From NCBI GenBank assembly GCA_023334545.1, contig JAADVB010000131.1, positions 1 through 50,971 of the forward strand: DNA of 50,971 nt, in the 5' to 3' direction. The notes under the pieces were generated by a model, which made no database searches, had not been told where the DNA came from, and worked only from the letters and a program-made list of their open reading frames with translations. Both the position numbers and the translations under genes were made by a program. Shown in pieces: positions 9,832 through 20,639 of the stretch (its first letter is position 1; every line of letters starts with the position of its first letter). This stretch comes from Salisapilia sapeloensis CBS 127946 (taxonomy: Eukaryota > Protista > Oomycota).

Positions 9832-11546
9832 GTTGTATCTGAGCAATGCACCTAGGTACGCGTGCGAGCCAAAATTATTAAAATAAGCTTAATTTGCGGA
9901 TTCCCGATGCATCGTAGTCGAGCTGGTCTAGTGTTCTTAGTCGAGGATGAGATTTCCAACCCATATCCTGATCTGTCCAGTTTTGTGAGCTATTTATAGC
10001 TAGTCACATTGACTTGGCTAGCCAGGAGCTACCATACTGCTTTGAATGAGCGTATTTCTACCACACATGTACTGATAGCAGGACGAGCTGTACTCGAAAA
10101 ATCAAGTTTTTGATTGTTGCATTCGTAGACGCCGACCGATAGCTGGTGCTCTGGCTGACAGCCATATTGAAGTTTGGTTGAAATAGATATCGCTTGAAAA
10201 TTAATGGAAACTTGGCCGGACCCGACGCGCTAGTCCAGCAAAGCACAGTTCTAGCATCTTAAAACACAGGATGTACTTCCAATTGCATAGAGCAGGCGCC
10301 CGCTGGTCTTGTAAAGATCCATTTTCATGCTGACCTCTTAAGCTTTTGGAACATCTTTAATAACGGCCACAACTGTACTTGATTCACTGCTGCTGGCAAC
10401 TTGCCTGCGGCTTGATCCTTTTAATTCGAGAATTCAATGGAAAATCGCTGATATACGCTACAATCCAAGCACAATGTCGAGATATGATCAGACATAGTCT
10501 GAAACTTGCAGTTGCTTATTAATTTGAAGGTCATTTTCGGATAAGGGCATGGAGATTATGGCCTGCGGTGGTGACTGAACTTGTAGCATGCAGCATGGCT
10601 GTGCAACTATCCCTTAGCTATCAGCTGAACTATTAGAAGTGGAGATTTCATCCTTTCCAAGTCAATCGAATGGGGGTACTATCTGACGAGACATTCATAC
10701 TTGGTAAAACTTTACGAGCTTTTATCATGGTTTAAGAGTTCGATAAAACTTGCATACTAGGATGTACTACTGTACAAGTTGTAGTAGCGATGATTTGATC
10801 AAGCTATAACAATAACGGCGATGTGCACAAGGTCGATGGGAAGAGATCGTGCTTGCAAATAGAAAATTTTGATCGCAAGTCTCTTGTTCCTTGGGCTGAG
10901 AAAAGAAAGCGGAGGTGAGCTTTTAAAATGAATATCCAAGAAAATTTTATCGAGTAATTCTCTTCAGTCTGCATGAACGGCTTAGTGGGTTCTGATAGTA
11001 GACGGAGAAATGACAGTTCGGGAGACGGTCGCATGATAGTAGGGGATAGAGCAGGATAATAGAAGAAGTTTTGCCAACTTGATGGGAGAAAAGAAAAGAA
11101 TTTGGGTAGGAAGCAAACCCCAAGAAAGTAGATGAGAACTGAATTGAAACTAAAAGACTTTTGAAATGGGTCTTCACGTAGATGTTTTATCGGAACCGTA
11201 CTTATGTCCGTTTAAGCGCTGGAAGTTCACTGTAAGGTCGACGACAGCTCTCGCAGCGCTTTTATTTCTCAAAGACACCGAGTCGAATGGTTCTGTGCAA
11301 GTACACTTAGTTCAAGCTGTGTTTCTGCTTTAAAAAGCAGCATCTACTAGTCCAGATCATATCCCCCAGATAGCACAAAGTAAGATAAGGATGCAACAAC
11401 TAACATGTACTTGCTTTCGCCAAATGATCCACCGAGTCTGTGCCGTACCGCTTCTGACTCTTCAAGATTTGATACATTTCCAAAGTCGGTTCGATTTCTC
11501 GCTACAAAATAATCAGTCGGAAGAAGTGAAGAAGTGGGGCAGCAAG

Positions 11547-12983
11547 ATGGCCGACAAGAGTGATGCCGGAACGAATATTGAGGATGGCCTCTTCGACGAC
11601 TTTATGTACTTGTTCGACACACCCGATTTCACGCTGCCCGACTTGGCACTCGATCCAGTGGCCAATTTGGAGCTGAAGACGGACACACTGGATGCCACCA
11701 CCCTCGATTCGACATCTCCACCGTCGACAAATGCAAACGTAAAGGCAAGCACACCCGAAGAACAAACAGGTGTGTCGGAGCAACAGTCAGGTACGAAGCG
11801 AAAGCGTCGGCGCAACCTCTCTCGTGAACGTCAGCAGAACGAGCTCAAGCGCCTGCGGTCGCTCGCAACTGAGCTCGAGACGCAGTTGAGTGCACTGGAG
11901 AAGCGTCAACAAGCCTTGCTGCGTCCAGGCACACGTGCAGCAGCCCTGAGCTCAGCCGACGCCATGAGTGGGTACCAGCAACTGGCTCTAGGTCAGTGGG
12001 AGGAGCGGCGCAAGGCAGAGCAGACGAACGCGCAGCTCAAGGCGACGGTGGCATTCCAGCATGAACTGCAGTCCCAGATCCAGAAGCTGATGCTGCAGAG
12101 TCAGACGAGTGCCTATGACTTACCGCAAATGAGTGACACGAAGGAGCGCGGACAGGAGCCGTTGCAGATGAAGCGAGAGGACGCCATGGAGTTTGCCAAG
12201 CTGGAACGAGACGTGGAGAAGTGTACTGCGCAGGTGTATCGTATATTCCATGCAGATGGAAAGCCAATGGCGTTCCATCAGAGCCACGTGAAAGAGGAGA
12301 GTGGCGTGTTGTATGAAAAGTCCACGTGCCAGTGCACGCCTCCGTCCGACATTGACTTTACGGACGCTCGGAACGTCGCGATGCACTTGTGTAACTGCGC
12401 AAACCGGTTCACTCGCCATCGACTGGGTAGTCCGGACGCGACGCAGTTGATACGGAGACTGGCGAAGGACGTGGATGACAATGAGGTGACGGAGATGGCC
12501 GACTTCCAGAGCGTCCCGTTCTCCATCGAGTCCACCACCAAGGCCGTGTGGAGGTCGATCGTCGCCAACCTCTACGACGGGAACAGAGTCATCTACCACC
12601 CGATGACGAGGCTGGAGGATCGCATTGCCGTCAAGTACCAGTCGAGACGACGGAAGAACTTACTGGGCGTCGAGTACATGCTCATGCAAAAGCTGGTACA
12701 GGCTGACGGAGTCATGATCGTCTGGTCCTGTCAGCAACTAGGCGCGATGTCATCCAAAGTCCGGGTGAAAGACCGTGGGTGGGTGATGCTGACACCGTCC
12801 GAGCGAGATGGACTGGTGGAGACGCGCATTGGCATCATCAACCGAACAATCAGTCAGAATGGAGAAGCAGAGGACCAGGCTTGTGCGGATGCTGCGATCA
12901 AGTGCTTTGAAGAGGACGTGGACGTGATCACTCGGAGCGTCCAGAACATGCTGCTGGAAGAGTGCATGCTCCCCCATCCTTGA
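11547..12983 (+). CDS. M96-like oomycete protein (bZIP-like basic/coiled-coil region + START-like C-terminal domain)
   Basis: KRKRRRNLSRERQQNELKRLRSLATELETQL, second helix YQQLALGQWEERRKAEQTNAQLK, and C-terminal IVWS/KDRGWVML elements. Likely ATG 11547; the track starts at 11391. Confidence 0.7.
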   Translation: MADKSDAGTNIEDGLFDDFMYLFDTPDFTLPDLALDPVANLELKTDTLDATTLDSTSPPSTNANVKASTPEEQTGVSEQQSGTKRKRRRNLSRERQQNELKRLRSLATELETQLSALEKRQQALLRPGTRAAALSSADAMSGYQQLALGQWEERRKAEQTNAQLKATVAFQHELQSQIQKLMLQSQTSAYDLPQMSDTKERGQEPLQMKREDAMEFAKLERDVEKCTAQVYRIFHADGKPMAFHQSHVKEESGVLYEKSTCQCTPPSDIDFTDARNVAMHLCNCANRFTRHRLGSPDATQLIRRLAKDVDDNEVTEMADFQSVPFSIESTTKAVWRSIVANLYDGNRVIYHPMTRLEDRIAVKYQSRRRKNLLGVEYMLMQKLVQADGVMIVWSCQQLGAMSSKVRVKDRGWVMLTPSERDGLVETRIGIINRTISQNGEAEDQACADAAIKCFEEDVDVITRSVQNMLLEECMLPHP

Positions 12984-13044
12984 CCTTTTCCATTTGATAC
13001 ACAGTACACGTTGTCTTTGTCAATCCCACAATACTTTATTTTTC

Positions 13045-14733
13045 CTAACCTTCGGATGAGGCATTCACAGCCTCGTCCAGATACATCAACAAATCGTCTT
13101 CTAACGTCGCAAAAGGGTACTCGTCGACAGGCTTGACGCTGAACTTGGACTTGTACTTAGAGTCCTTGCCAAAGCACTTGAGCAAGTGGGGGAAGAACCG
13201 ACCTCCGCGTGCTCCTCGGACCTCGTACTCGACCACGTCGACCTCCATAAGTTTGAACTGCTGGACGTGCGTCCAGACCTTTCGTCGATTGCCTTCTGCC
13301 AGCTTTTGCTGGTTCCGGTGCAAAAAGACGATCTCGTTGCTCGGGTCGTGCTGGGCGATCGTCGTGCCGCAGAAAATGTCTTTAGAGGAATGCTTCTCCC
13401 CCACTGCGCCTGGAGGCATCTGGATCATGTGGAACGACGTGTTCGTCTTCATCCACGCGAATCGGAAGAGGTCCTTGTCTCCCCACGCTAGTCGCAACGA
13501 ATTGATCTTTGACGCAGCGTGAACGGCGTAGTACATCATCGTATTCAGAGCATGGGTACTTCGTGTTCGGTCCACGAGCACCTGTCCACTCTCCTGCTCA
13601 AACATGTCGATAGACTCCATGTCCAAAAACTCCCAGATGAAACTCCGAGAGTGGATGTTGAAGATGGTCTTTCGAGGACTCCAGTAATCTGGCCAGAACA
13701 TGGCGCCAGTCTTTGCGAACTCTGGTGTGTCGAACAGGAACGTCGGGTCCTTCACGACGTAGTTGTCTGCGTCAAAAAGGAGGACACTGTCGAACGAGCT
13801 GTAGTATATGGCGTAGTTTTTCGTGTAAAAGGACGAGAGCGAGTGGTCTCGCAGCTCTCGAAAGTAAACGTCCTGCTCGTTGAAGAGTTTCTGGAGAATC
13901 GGGTGCGACACGGACACTTCGGACGGAGAGTACCAGATCTCGATCGGCAGCTCACACCCGTACGCTCGTAGCGTCCGTATGGCAACGTAGGCTCCTTCCA
14001 AAACTTTTCCGTAGACGACAAAGGAGATGCCTCGACGGAAAAAGTCGTCAGAGAAGTCTGCAAGCGTCCGTCGAATAAACGGTGATTCTAGCTCCATCAG
14101 AGCTTTATTATGGTCTTCCACGAGTTTCAGACGAGTGCTCTCGATGGAAAAGTTAGCATCGTAGACGTATTCGGTGGCTTTGACGCCATGCTGCAGGATA
14201 CTATCAAAGTCTGAACATCGCGTCTGGACGGCTGCACGTAGAGAATCGTGGTACATGTGCATGACGGACGCAAGTTCCTTGGTTTCCTTGTGCTGGACGA
14301 CGCAAAAGCCAGCTTCATTCGCTTTAATGACTTTGGAGCACGACTCCAAGTACGTCTCGTTTGCCGTTAGTGTCATCTCACTCAAGTCGTCGTTGGGAGC
14401 AGCCAACCAGCCGACGCATTCATACTCGTCCAAGTGGTCTCGAACGTAAGAATTGTTAAAATTCCTGTCGCTCCATCTCTCTACTGGCTTTGTGGGCTGA
14501 GGTGGCATGGTGTGTCGCACGGACGAGGTGCCCATGGGACTCAACCTCGAGAGGAGCGAGCTCTTGGCTGTGGAGTCCGAGATGAGCTCCAGGTCCAGCA
14601 GGTGCATAGCGGACAAGAGCCCGAGGGCGCAGGCCGTCGTGAGGAAGACGAAGAGCAAGAGGAGCGAGACTGGTCTACCTCGACCTCGACGGTACTTCTG
14701 ACTCGATTTGGTGTCAGACTCGCCATCCTCCAT
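13045..14733 (-). CDS. GT71 (Mnn2-like) alpha-mannosyltransferase, type II membrane protein, paralog 1
   Basis: N-terminal TM (LLLLFVFLTTACALGLL), DxD motif (LFDADN), TGAMFWPDYW, EQESGQ, AWGDKDLFRFAW, FLHRN. Likely ATG 14733; the ORF is open to 14919. Confidence 0.85.
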   Translation of the reverse strand: MEDGESDTKSSQKYRRGRGRPVSLLLLFVFLTTACALGLLSAMHLLDLELISDSTAKSSLLSRLSPMGTSSVRHTMPPQPTKPVERWSDRNFNNSYVRDHLDEYECVGWLAAPNDDLSEMTLTANETYLESCSKVIKANEAGFCVVQHKETKELASVMHMYHDSLRAAVQTRCSDFDSILQHGVKATEYVYDANFSIESTRLKLVEDHNKALMELESPFIRRTLADFSDDFFRRGISFVVYGKVLEGAYVAIRTLRAYGCELPIEIWYSPSEVSVSHPILQKLFNEQDVYFRELRDHSLSSFYTKNYAIYYSSFDSVLLFDADNYVVKDPTFLFDTPEFAKTGAMFWPDYWSPRKTIFNIHSRSFIWEFLDMESIDMFEQESGQVLVDRTRSTHALNTMMYYAVHAASKINSLRLAWGDKDLFRFAWMKTNTSFHMIQMPPGAVGEKHSSKDIFCGTTIAQHDPSNEIVFLHRNQQKLAEGNRRKVWTHVQQFKLMEVDVVEYEVRGARGGRFFPHLLKCFGKDSKYKSKFSVKPVDEYPFATLEDDLLMYLDEAVNASSEG

Positions 14734-15565
14734 GGTCGACGGGTAGCACTCTGGCTCCCGGTGAGCCTCGGTGAGCTGCTTTTGCAGCGCCATGCAACAC
14801 TTGAGCAGCATGAGCTTGGGTGGGCGGAAGCGCGAGTGAGGAATTGGCGCACTTGATTTGGAGATATCGGAAAGCCGGACGGAAACAAACCCGCGGATAA
14901 GTTCTTTTCGACGAATCATGCATGGGTACGGCCTTGGCTGGGCGAATAGGAGGGACGCACGATGCAGCGATGGGGCTAGGACTCAAGAGTAAAGTCGTCA
15001 CGGATGTACTCACGCTTCGCTACCTTCCTTACGCGCATAGAACGACCTGTCGAAAATTTATACGGAAAGGTATGGAAGAGCGGTTGCGGAAGGGAGGGGG
15101 GCAAGTGCATCTTCTGAAGCATCTGACGGCGTTTGTGGCTTCATGAAAGTCGTCCACGTCGAGGCCATGGGACAGACACGGCGCATGTGCAGTCTGGGTC
15201 TACTGGCTGTGAAACCGCAGTTGGCATGCAGCACGCGTGGAACGGATCTGGATTTGTACCTACTTTTCTACTTTATTGACGGGTCCAAGATCACCTAGAC
15301 AGTGGGTGCCTCTGAGGACTCTGAGGCTAGTGGAGGAAAACAAGATGTTCAGTGCTTGGACCATCGATTCCGAGCTTGTTGGATGGCAGCCAATACATTC
15401 TGGACATGGCTTCCGCGACACTCGAAGATTCCCAAACATTCTCTCCAGACGGAGCGTAAACCGGATCGACACGTGGACGTAAAGTCTGCTGCATGCATCT
15501 ACTGTATTTACCGCCGGTATCCATACCAACTTACGAAGGCGTAGCGAAAGAAGGGAAAAAACTAT

Positions 15566-17479
15566 CTACGACGGCCGCCGAGTCATCGGCGGTTCATACA
15601 CGACGGCAGGCGCCCAGCCCATAACGTCCGCCACCTCCTTCTCGTACCCGAGCAGCGCCACCTCTAGCTTTTCAAAGGCGAACGCATTGATCGGTTTCAA
15701 CGTGAAAAGTTTGTCATAATGAACATCCTTCCCAAAGCACCGAGGGAACTGCGGAAACACTTTGCCGCCATTCGCTCCTCGCACGCGGTAGCTGCTCACA
15801 GGCACCGTCCGCTTGAACTGCTGCACGTGCGTCCAGATCTTGCGAGCGTTCTCGTGTGTCAGCTTCTCTGTGTTCCGGTGTAGGAAGATGACGCGGCCAG
15901 TGGGATCGTGCTGGACCATCGTGACGCCGCAGAAGAGGTCATAGTCCGGATGCTTGGTGCCTGCCGCGCCAGGCGGTCTCTGGATAAAGTGGAACGGACT
16001 CTCGCTCTTCATCCAGGCGAATCGGAACAAGTCCTTGTCGCCCCACACGAGCGCCATGTCCTGGTGCAGTCGAGGTATGTGGAAACCGTAGAACATGAGC
16101 ACGTTCAACGCGCGCAAGTGCTTCCGTCGGTTGATCATGACCTGTCCACTCTCCTGCTCGAACATGTCCACAGGCGTGATGCCGAAGAAGGGCCAGACGA
16201 AGCTGTTCTCATGGATATTAAAGATCGTGTTCCCAGGTTTCCAAAAGTCCGGCCAGAACATGGCGCCTGTGCTGATGAACTCTGGCGTGTCAAACAGGTA
16301 CGTCGGGTCTCTCACGGCAAAGTTGTCTGCATCCAGCAGCAGGACGCTGTCAAAGGCGCTGTAGAAGACGGCGTAAAGTTTTGTGTAGAAGCGCGTGGCG
16401 GCTGGGTCCTCAATCTCCCGAAGGAACACGTTGTGCTCCTTGACCAGCAGCTGCAACAGCGGGTGGTCCAAGGGCGTCTCTGATGGCTTCACCCACATCT
16501 CGATCGGCAGGATGCACCCGAGCTCTCGCAACGACCGGACGCTGACGTAGGCGCCAGGCAGCACTTTTTCGTACACGACAAAGACGAGTCCGCGTTCGAA
16601 GCTGAGCTCTAGCTGTCCTACCGACTGGTTCTTGACACCGTCGTCACCCACTGGGACGGGCGTCTCTGGGACGTTGTTGAACTCTCTGAACTTTTCCTGT
16701 TGGCTTTCAAATGTAAAGTTACTGTCGTGTTCGTACTCGGTCGATAAGATGCTGTAGCTCATGAGACTTTGAAACATATCACACGTAAAGTGGACGCCAG
16801 GACGGATGGAGTCGCAGTGCATCTGGAGCACGCGCTTGACTTCGCCAGTCGTCTTGTGCCGCACTTCGCAATACCCTGACCGAGCGTCCGAGATGGGAGT
16901 GGAGCAATTTGCGTCCTGTGCTTCGTCTCGCTCTCCTTCCGGCGTGCAGTCCGACGTCTGTCTCCACCCGATGCACTCGTACTCTTGTAGCGACCGTAGT
17001 TCTCTCCTAGTAAATTGATTCTGCACGACACTCGGGTCGTCCACAATATGCTGGAACTGAGATGCTAGTCGAGCGAGACGCTGCTGCACGACGTCCTTGA
17101 CTTGGCTAATGTGTCCGTACAACTGTGCAGGCGCGTCGAACTGGCCATTGCTGAGTGCGTGGGTTCGGTGGACCATAACGCCTAGCGAGAGTAGACAGCC
17201 AAAGCAGACGAGGAAGGCAGTGAGGAAGAGCAACCATAACATGCGTTTGGTCCATACATCGTTCTCCTTTTTGGATTTCGTGGCTTTAGGGGGCGGTGAG
17301 GAAGGCTCTTTGGATGTGTCGGCGGGTGGATTCGAGCGATGACCGGCCATGGCAGCCGTCTCAAGGCTCCTGCCTCTGGATCGAGACGACCTCTTGCGCC
17401 GGTTGTGGCCGAGGTAGACTGGTAGAATGTGGCCTTTGCGAGGCGTATTGGATGTAGGTCGGTCCTCCATGCTGCTCAC
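15566..17479 (-). CDS. GT71 (Mnn2-like) alpha-mannosyltransferase, paralog 2
   Basis: TM (MLWLLFLTAFLVCFGCLLSLGV), 6-Cys stem, LLDADN, TGAMFWPDFW, EQESGQ, WGDKDLFRFAW. Confidence 0.88.
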   Translation of the reverse strand: MSSMEDRPTSNTPRKGHILPVYLGHNRRKRSSRSRGRSLETAAMAGHRSNPPADTSKEPSSPPPKATKSKKENDVWTKRMLWLLFLTAFLVCFGCLLSLGVMVHRTHALSNGQFDAPAQLYGHISQVKDVVQQRLARLASQFQHIVDDPSVVQNQFTRRELRSLQEYECIGWRQTSDCTPEGERDEAQDANCSTPISDARSGYCEVRHKTTGEVKRVLQMHCDSIRPGVHFTCDMFQSLMSYSILSTEYEHDSNFTFESQQEKFREFNNVPETPVPVGDDGVKNQSVGQLELSFERGLVFVVYEKVLPGAYVSVRSLRELGCILPIEMWVKPSETPLDHPLLQLLVKEHNVFLREIEDPAATRFYTKLYAVFYSAFDSVLLLDADNFAVRDPTYLFDTPEFISTGAMFWPDFWKPGNTIFNIHENSFVWPFFGITPVDMFEQESGQVMINRRKHLRALNVLMFYGFHIPRLHQDMALVWGDKDLFRFAWMKSESPFHFIQRPPGAAGTKHPDYDLFCGVTMVQHDPTGRVIFLHRNTEKLTHENARKIWTHVQQFKRTVPVSSYRVRGANGGKVFPQFPRCFGKDVHYDKLFTLKPINAFAFEKLEVALLGYEKEVADVMGWAPAVVYEPPMTRRPS

Positions 17480-17562
17480 GCCAAAGTATCTTTGTATAGC
17501 AAAGCAACGTTGTATCCGACTGCAGGATGGACGGTATATATGCAGAGGTAGGCTCCGGCGTA

Positions 17563-17573
17563 GGGAGAATGAG
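17563..17573 (-). promoter_or_regulatory. Putative oomycete initiator (Inr) element upstream of GT71 paralog 2
   Basis: Minus-strand CTCATTCTCCC matches the YCAYTYY Inr consensus about 85 nt upstream of the ATG. It is a short motif, so a chance match is possible. Confidence 0.35.
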
Positions 17574-18331
17574 GTTTGGTCGGATCAACAGGTGGGCGCT
17601 TGGTGCCAAGCGTCTGCAAAGTCGATGTGCTCAAATTCGATGGAGCGAAGAAAGTTGGAGGCGTCATGTGACACCGTCTCGATATGATCGCTACTGTTGA
17701 TTTACAAAAAAGAATTTCCAGGTGTAAGTGATTTAGTAGGACATGCGTAACTCAGAGTAAAGCTGAAGGAATATTCGTTCGTAACAGTGTATACTAGACA
17801 CAAGTGGAAGGCAACCCGGATCAGTTGCGTTAGATTGGATGCTCGATCTTTGAATTCAAGATACCGCTCCGTTCTATGTGAATGCATTCCTGCAGTGTCG
17901 ATCTGATAAATGAGGCAGAAAAGTTGGAAGACGCAAAGCTTACGCGAAGAACATGGGATACGCCCGACGGATTTGACCGTCACGCGATTCTTTAAGTGAC
18001 AGCGGTTCAGAAGGCGCGTGCGAGTCAGTTCTGACGGTTGCATGCCGCTCGTCCGACATGTCTCGACGTTTGCGACGCGCCGTGCCTTTGTTGTAGCCGA
18101 GTTGACGCGCCGTCCGTCTTATGACAAGCGTCAAGTAGAAATATATCATCTGAACGTCTTCACCGACATAGACTGCCTAAAATACGTTCGATGTGATTTC
18201 CATAGAGCCCAGGAGATCGACTGTCGAAATACAGCAATATTATGTTTCCTAGCCTTTCATACTTTGTGTACTAAATTCTTCCCTCAATCTTGAATCGACG
18301 TAAAACACCACTAGCAGATTCTTACTAGCGC

Positions 18332-19270
18332 ATGGATTCCCACGACACTCCGCCCGGACTAAAGCCGCATAAGCGTCGCAAAATGTCTTCTACCATCCAC
18401 GAGGAAGCATCTATAAGCCCAACGATGAAGATGATGCTGGAGATGCCCATGTTCTCAACAACTGTCGCCTCCTTCTTGGCCAAAGAGAATCTCACGAACT
18501 TCCTCCAAGTGCTTGACGAAGGCAGTGAGCAATGGGAATCCATCCAGCATCCATCTTTCTGGACAACGCTCTTGGATCGCGACTTTGGAGGGCCACCAGA
18601 CGGGGATAGACTGCATGCTGTCGAGATGTATGCCGATGAAGCATGGTACCCAACTCATCTGACAGTACCTGAAGTCGCCTGGTACATCCACTCGGCAAGC
18701 AATTGGAAACGCTTTAACGAATCCATTTACTTACTGCAAGAGGACGCTGCGACGATCACGGAGATCGATGGTGTTCCCATTGAAGCCATGGCTTTCCCTA
18801 CGACTCCATTCTTGCAGCAGCCAAATATCGGCGTTGGTGCGATCGTGTTCCATCGCGCTGGCAAAGAGCTAAGACGATCTCTAAGAGCGAGTGGGGCTGG
18901 ACCCATCGGTTTCGGCACCGCCGTAGTCACCCCAGGGTTCCGTACGGGCTTCCAACGACTGATTCTCTGCCATGGTCCACACGGGAGCGATCCGGACTGT
19001 GCAGAATTGCTACAAGAGACATATGAAGGCGTATTGGGGGCGGTGGAGCAAAGCGGCTTCCAATGTGTTGCGATCATATCGATTTCGACTGGAAACCTCG
19101 GCGTGTCCGGAGCAGTCGCCGGCCCCGTGGCCATGCGTGCTCTCCTCGAGTACATCGTCCTTCATCCGGGATGGTTGGGTAAGATTGGTGTGATCTGTTG
19201 GGAAGATGAGGTCTTGGAGGAGTTTAGACGGGCTAAAGAGGATCGTCTCAAGGCACTGAATGCCGTCTGA
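18332..19270 (+). CDS. Macrodomain (Appr-1''-p-like) protein with F-box-like N-terminal segment
   Basis: GVGAIVFHRAGKEL, FGTAVVTPGF, LCHGP, LLQETYEGVL and VAIISISTGNLG follow macrodomain element order. The N-terminal segment MFSTTVASFL...FWTTLLDRDFG resembles an F-box. Confidence 0.7.
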   Translation: MDSHDTPPGLKPHKRRKMSSTIHEEASISPTMKMMLEMPMFSTTVASFLAKENLTNFLQVLDEGSEQWESIQHPSFWTTLLDRDFGGPPDGDRLHAVEMYADEAWYPTHLTVPEVAWYIHSASNWKRFNESIYLLQEDAATITEIDGVPIEAMAFPTTPFLQQPNIGVGAIVFHRAGKELRRSLRASGAGPIGFGTAVVTPGFRTGFQRLILCHGPHGSDPDCAELLQETYEGVLGAVEQSGFQCVAIISISTGNLGVSGAVAGPVAMRALLEYIVLHPGWLGKIGVICWEDEVLEEFRRAKEDRLKALNAV

Positions 19271-19358
19271 GATGGAACAAGAGTAGCGCCTGCATATGGA
19301 ATACGTGCAAGGGTGAAGCAGTTTTAATTTGGTGTTATCTATTGTGTACTAGTTGACG

Positions 19359-20639
19359 CTATGGACGCCATCCTTCCTTTTCTGGGCCATATCGACAGAA
19401 TAACCAGCAGCCAGGGATCACGTCTTTCGTATGCTGATTGTCTCCCTCGTCATTGAACAGGAGTCGCTTCATCATCATCACATTCTCCTCCATGACTGCC
19501 TGGTAGGACTCGGCCACTGCCTGCACCACACTTTCTTCAAGTCCCAGTCTCTTCTTTTCTGATTTTTCATCCTCCGTCACAAACACCTCTGTGATGGACC
19601 TTAACACTGTTTTCCTACTATCTACTTCCTCCATAAGACAAAAGCCACTCTCGGTCGAGTGTGTGTTCAAAAGAGCCTTGTCGCCCGTCGTCTCGCTTTC
19701 CCAAACGATAACTACCCGACGCTTGCCCTGTTCATTCGTATCTCGGAAGGCTTTCATGAGGAAGCATTCTTGCTTAGCGATGGACCTGTATCGCCAATCG
19801 AAGCGCAAAGCAAAGATCTCTCGCTCGCTCGGCTCTAGAATCGGAATGGCACTGGCACCCAAATCCCACTTAATAGATGTCCACGCTGCCTTCCCAGTGG
19901 ATTCTAAATCGGCAGACAGCTCGCAGCAGTCGACAGCCTTGAGATGGAGCTGGTTATTCCGACTATTTGCCAGTCGCTGCTTGCCATTAATGTCGTCTCC
20001 GACCATGTTGTTCGAGACCAATAGATCATTAATCGAGGCGTACGTTTTGTATATAGAGGCTACGCCACGGCGTATAGTCTGTTGCTCTTCTGGTTCTAGG
20101 CTGTAAGAAGGGATTTGTTCTAGTGGACCGCTCAAAAAGGTAGTCGGGATCGGGCCAGTACTCACTAGAGGTCGCATTGAGTCAATTAGACGCTGCTGCG
20201 CAGTGATGGCTACTCGTAGCTGCTGGTTGACCGTCTGGCTTTTGACTCGAAAGTCGTTCTGATCAATTGCTGCCTTTTGCCATGAAGTTGATGCAACTAC
20301 ATTGCTCATATTGGCACGTCGCTCTTGCTGACGTTGCTGGAGTTGGGCTAAAGTGGACTCCAGGTACGTCTTTTCAGCCCGAAGGTCTTTTAATTCCGTT
20401 TGCATTCGCTCTCGCCATGCATTCTTTTCTCCTCGCTTCCTCTTGCGTGTGGGCAAAGACGAATTGTTTGGATGAGCAGCATGTATCGAGCGATTGGTGT
20501 CCACTGGAAGAGCTGATTCGTACGGAAGTATTTCCTGCAAAGCTTCTGGGAGAGTGAAATTGCTTGACGATTCAAACATGCGTTCGATCTCGTCTAGTAG
20601 AAGCTCATCGGTGGCTTCGGCCGGAGCTAGTGCGTCCAT
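19359..20639 (-). CDS. M96-like bZIP-like/START-like protein
   Basis: KRKRGEKNAWRERMQTELKDLRAEKTYLESTL and SWQKAAIDQNDFRVKSQTVNQQLR. Shares RYRSIAKQE, KRRVVIVWE and WLFCRYG with the genes at 39263 and 40641. Confidence 0.7.
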   Translation of the reverse strand: MDALAPAEATDELLLDEIERMFESSSNFTLPEALQEILPYESALPVDTNRSIHAAHPNNSSLPTRKRKRGEKNAWRERMQTELKDLRAEKTYLESTLAQLQQRQQERRANMSNVVASTSWQKAAIDQNDFRVKSQTVNQQLRVAITAQQRLIDSMRPLVSTGPIPTTFLSGPLEQIPSYSLEPEEQQTIRRGVASIYKTYASINDLLVSNNMVGDDINGKQRLANSRNNQLHLKAVDCCELSADLESTGKAAWTSIKWDLGASAIPILEPSEREIFALRFDWRYRSIAKQECFLMKAFRDTNEQGKRRVVIVWESETTGDKALLNTHSTESGFCLMEEVDSRKTVLRSITEVFVTEDEKSEKKRLGLEESVVQAVAESYQAVMEENVMMMKRLLFNDEGDNQHTKDVIPGCWLFCRYGPEKEGWRP

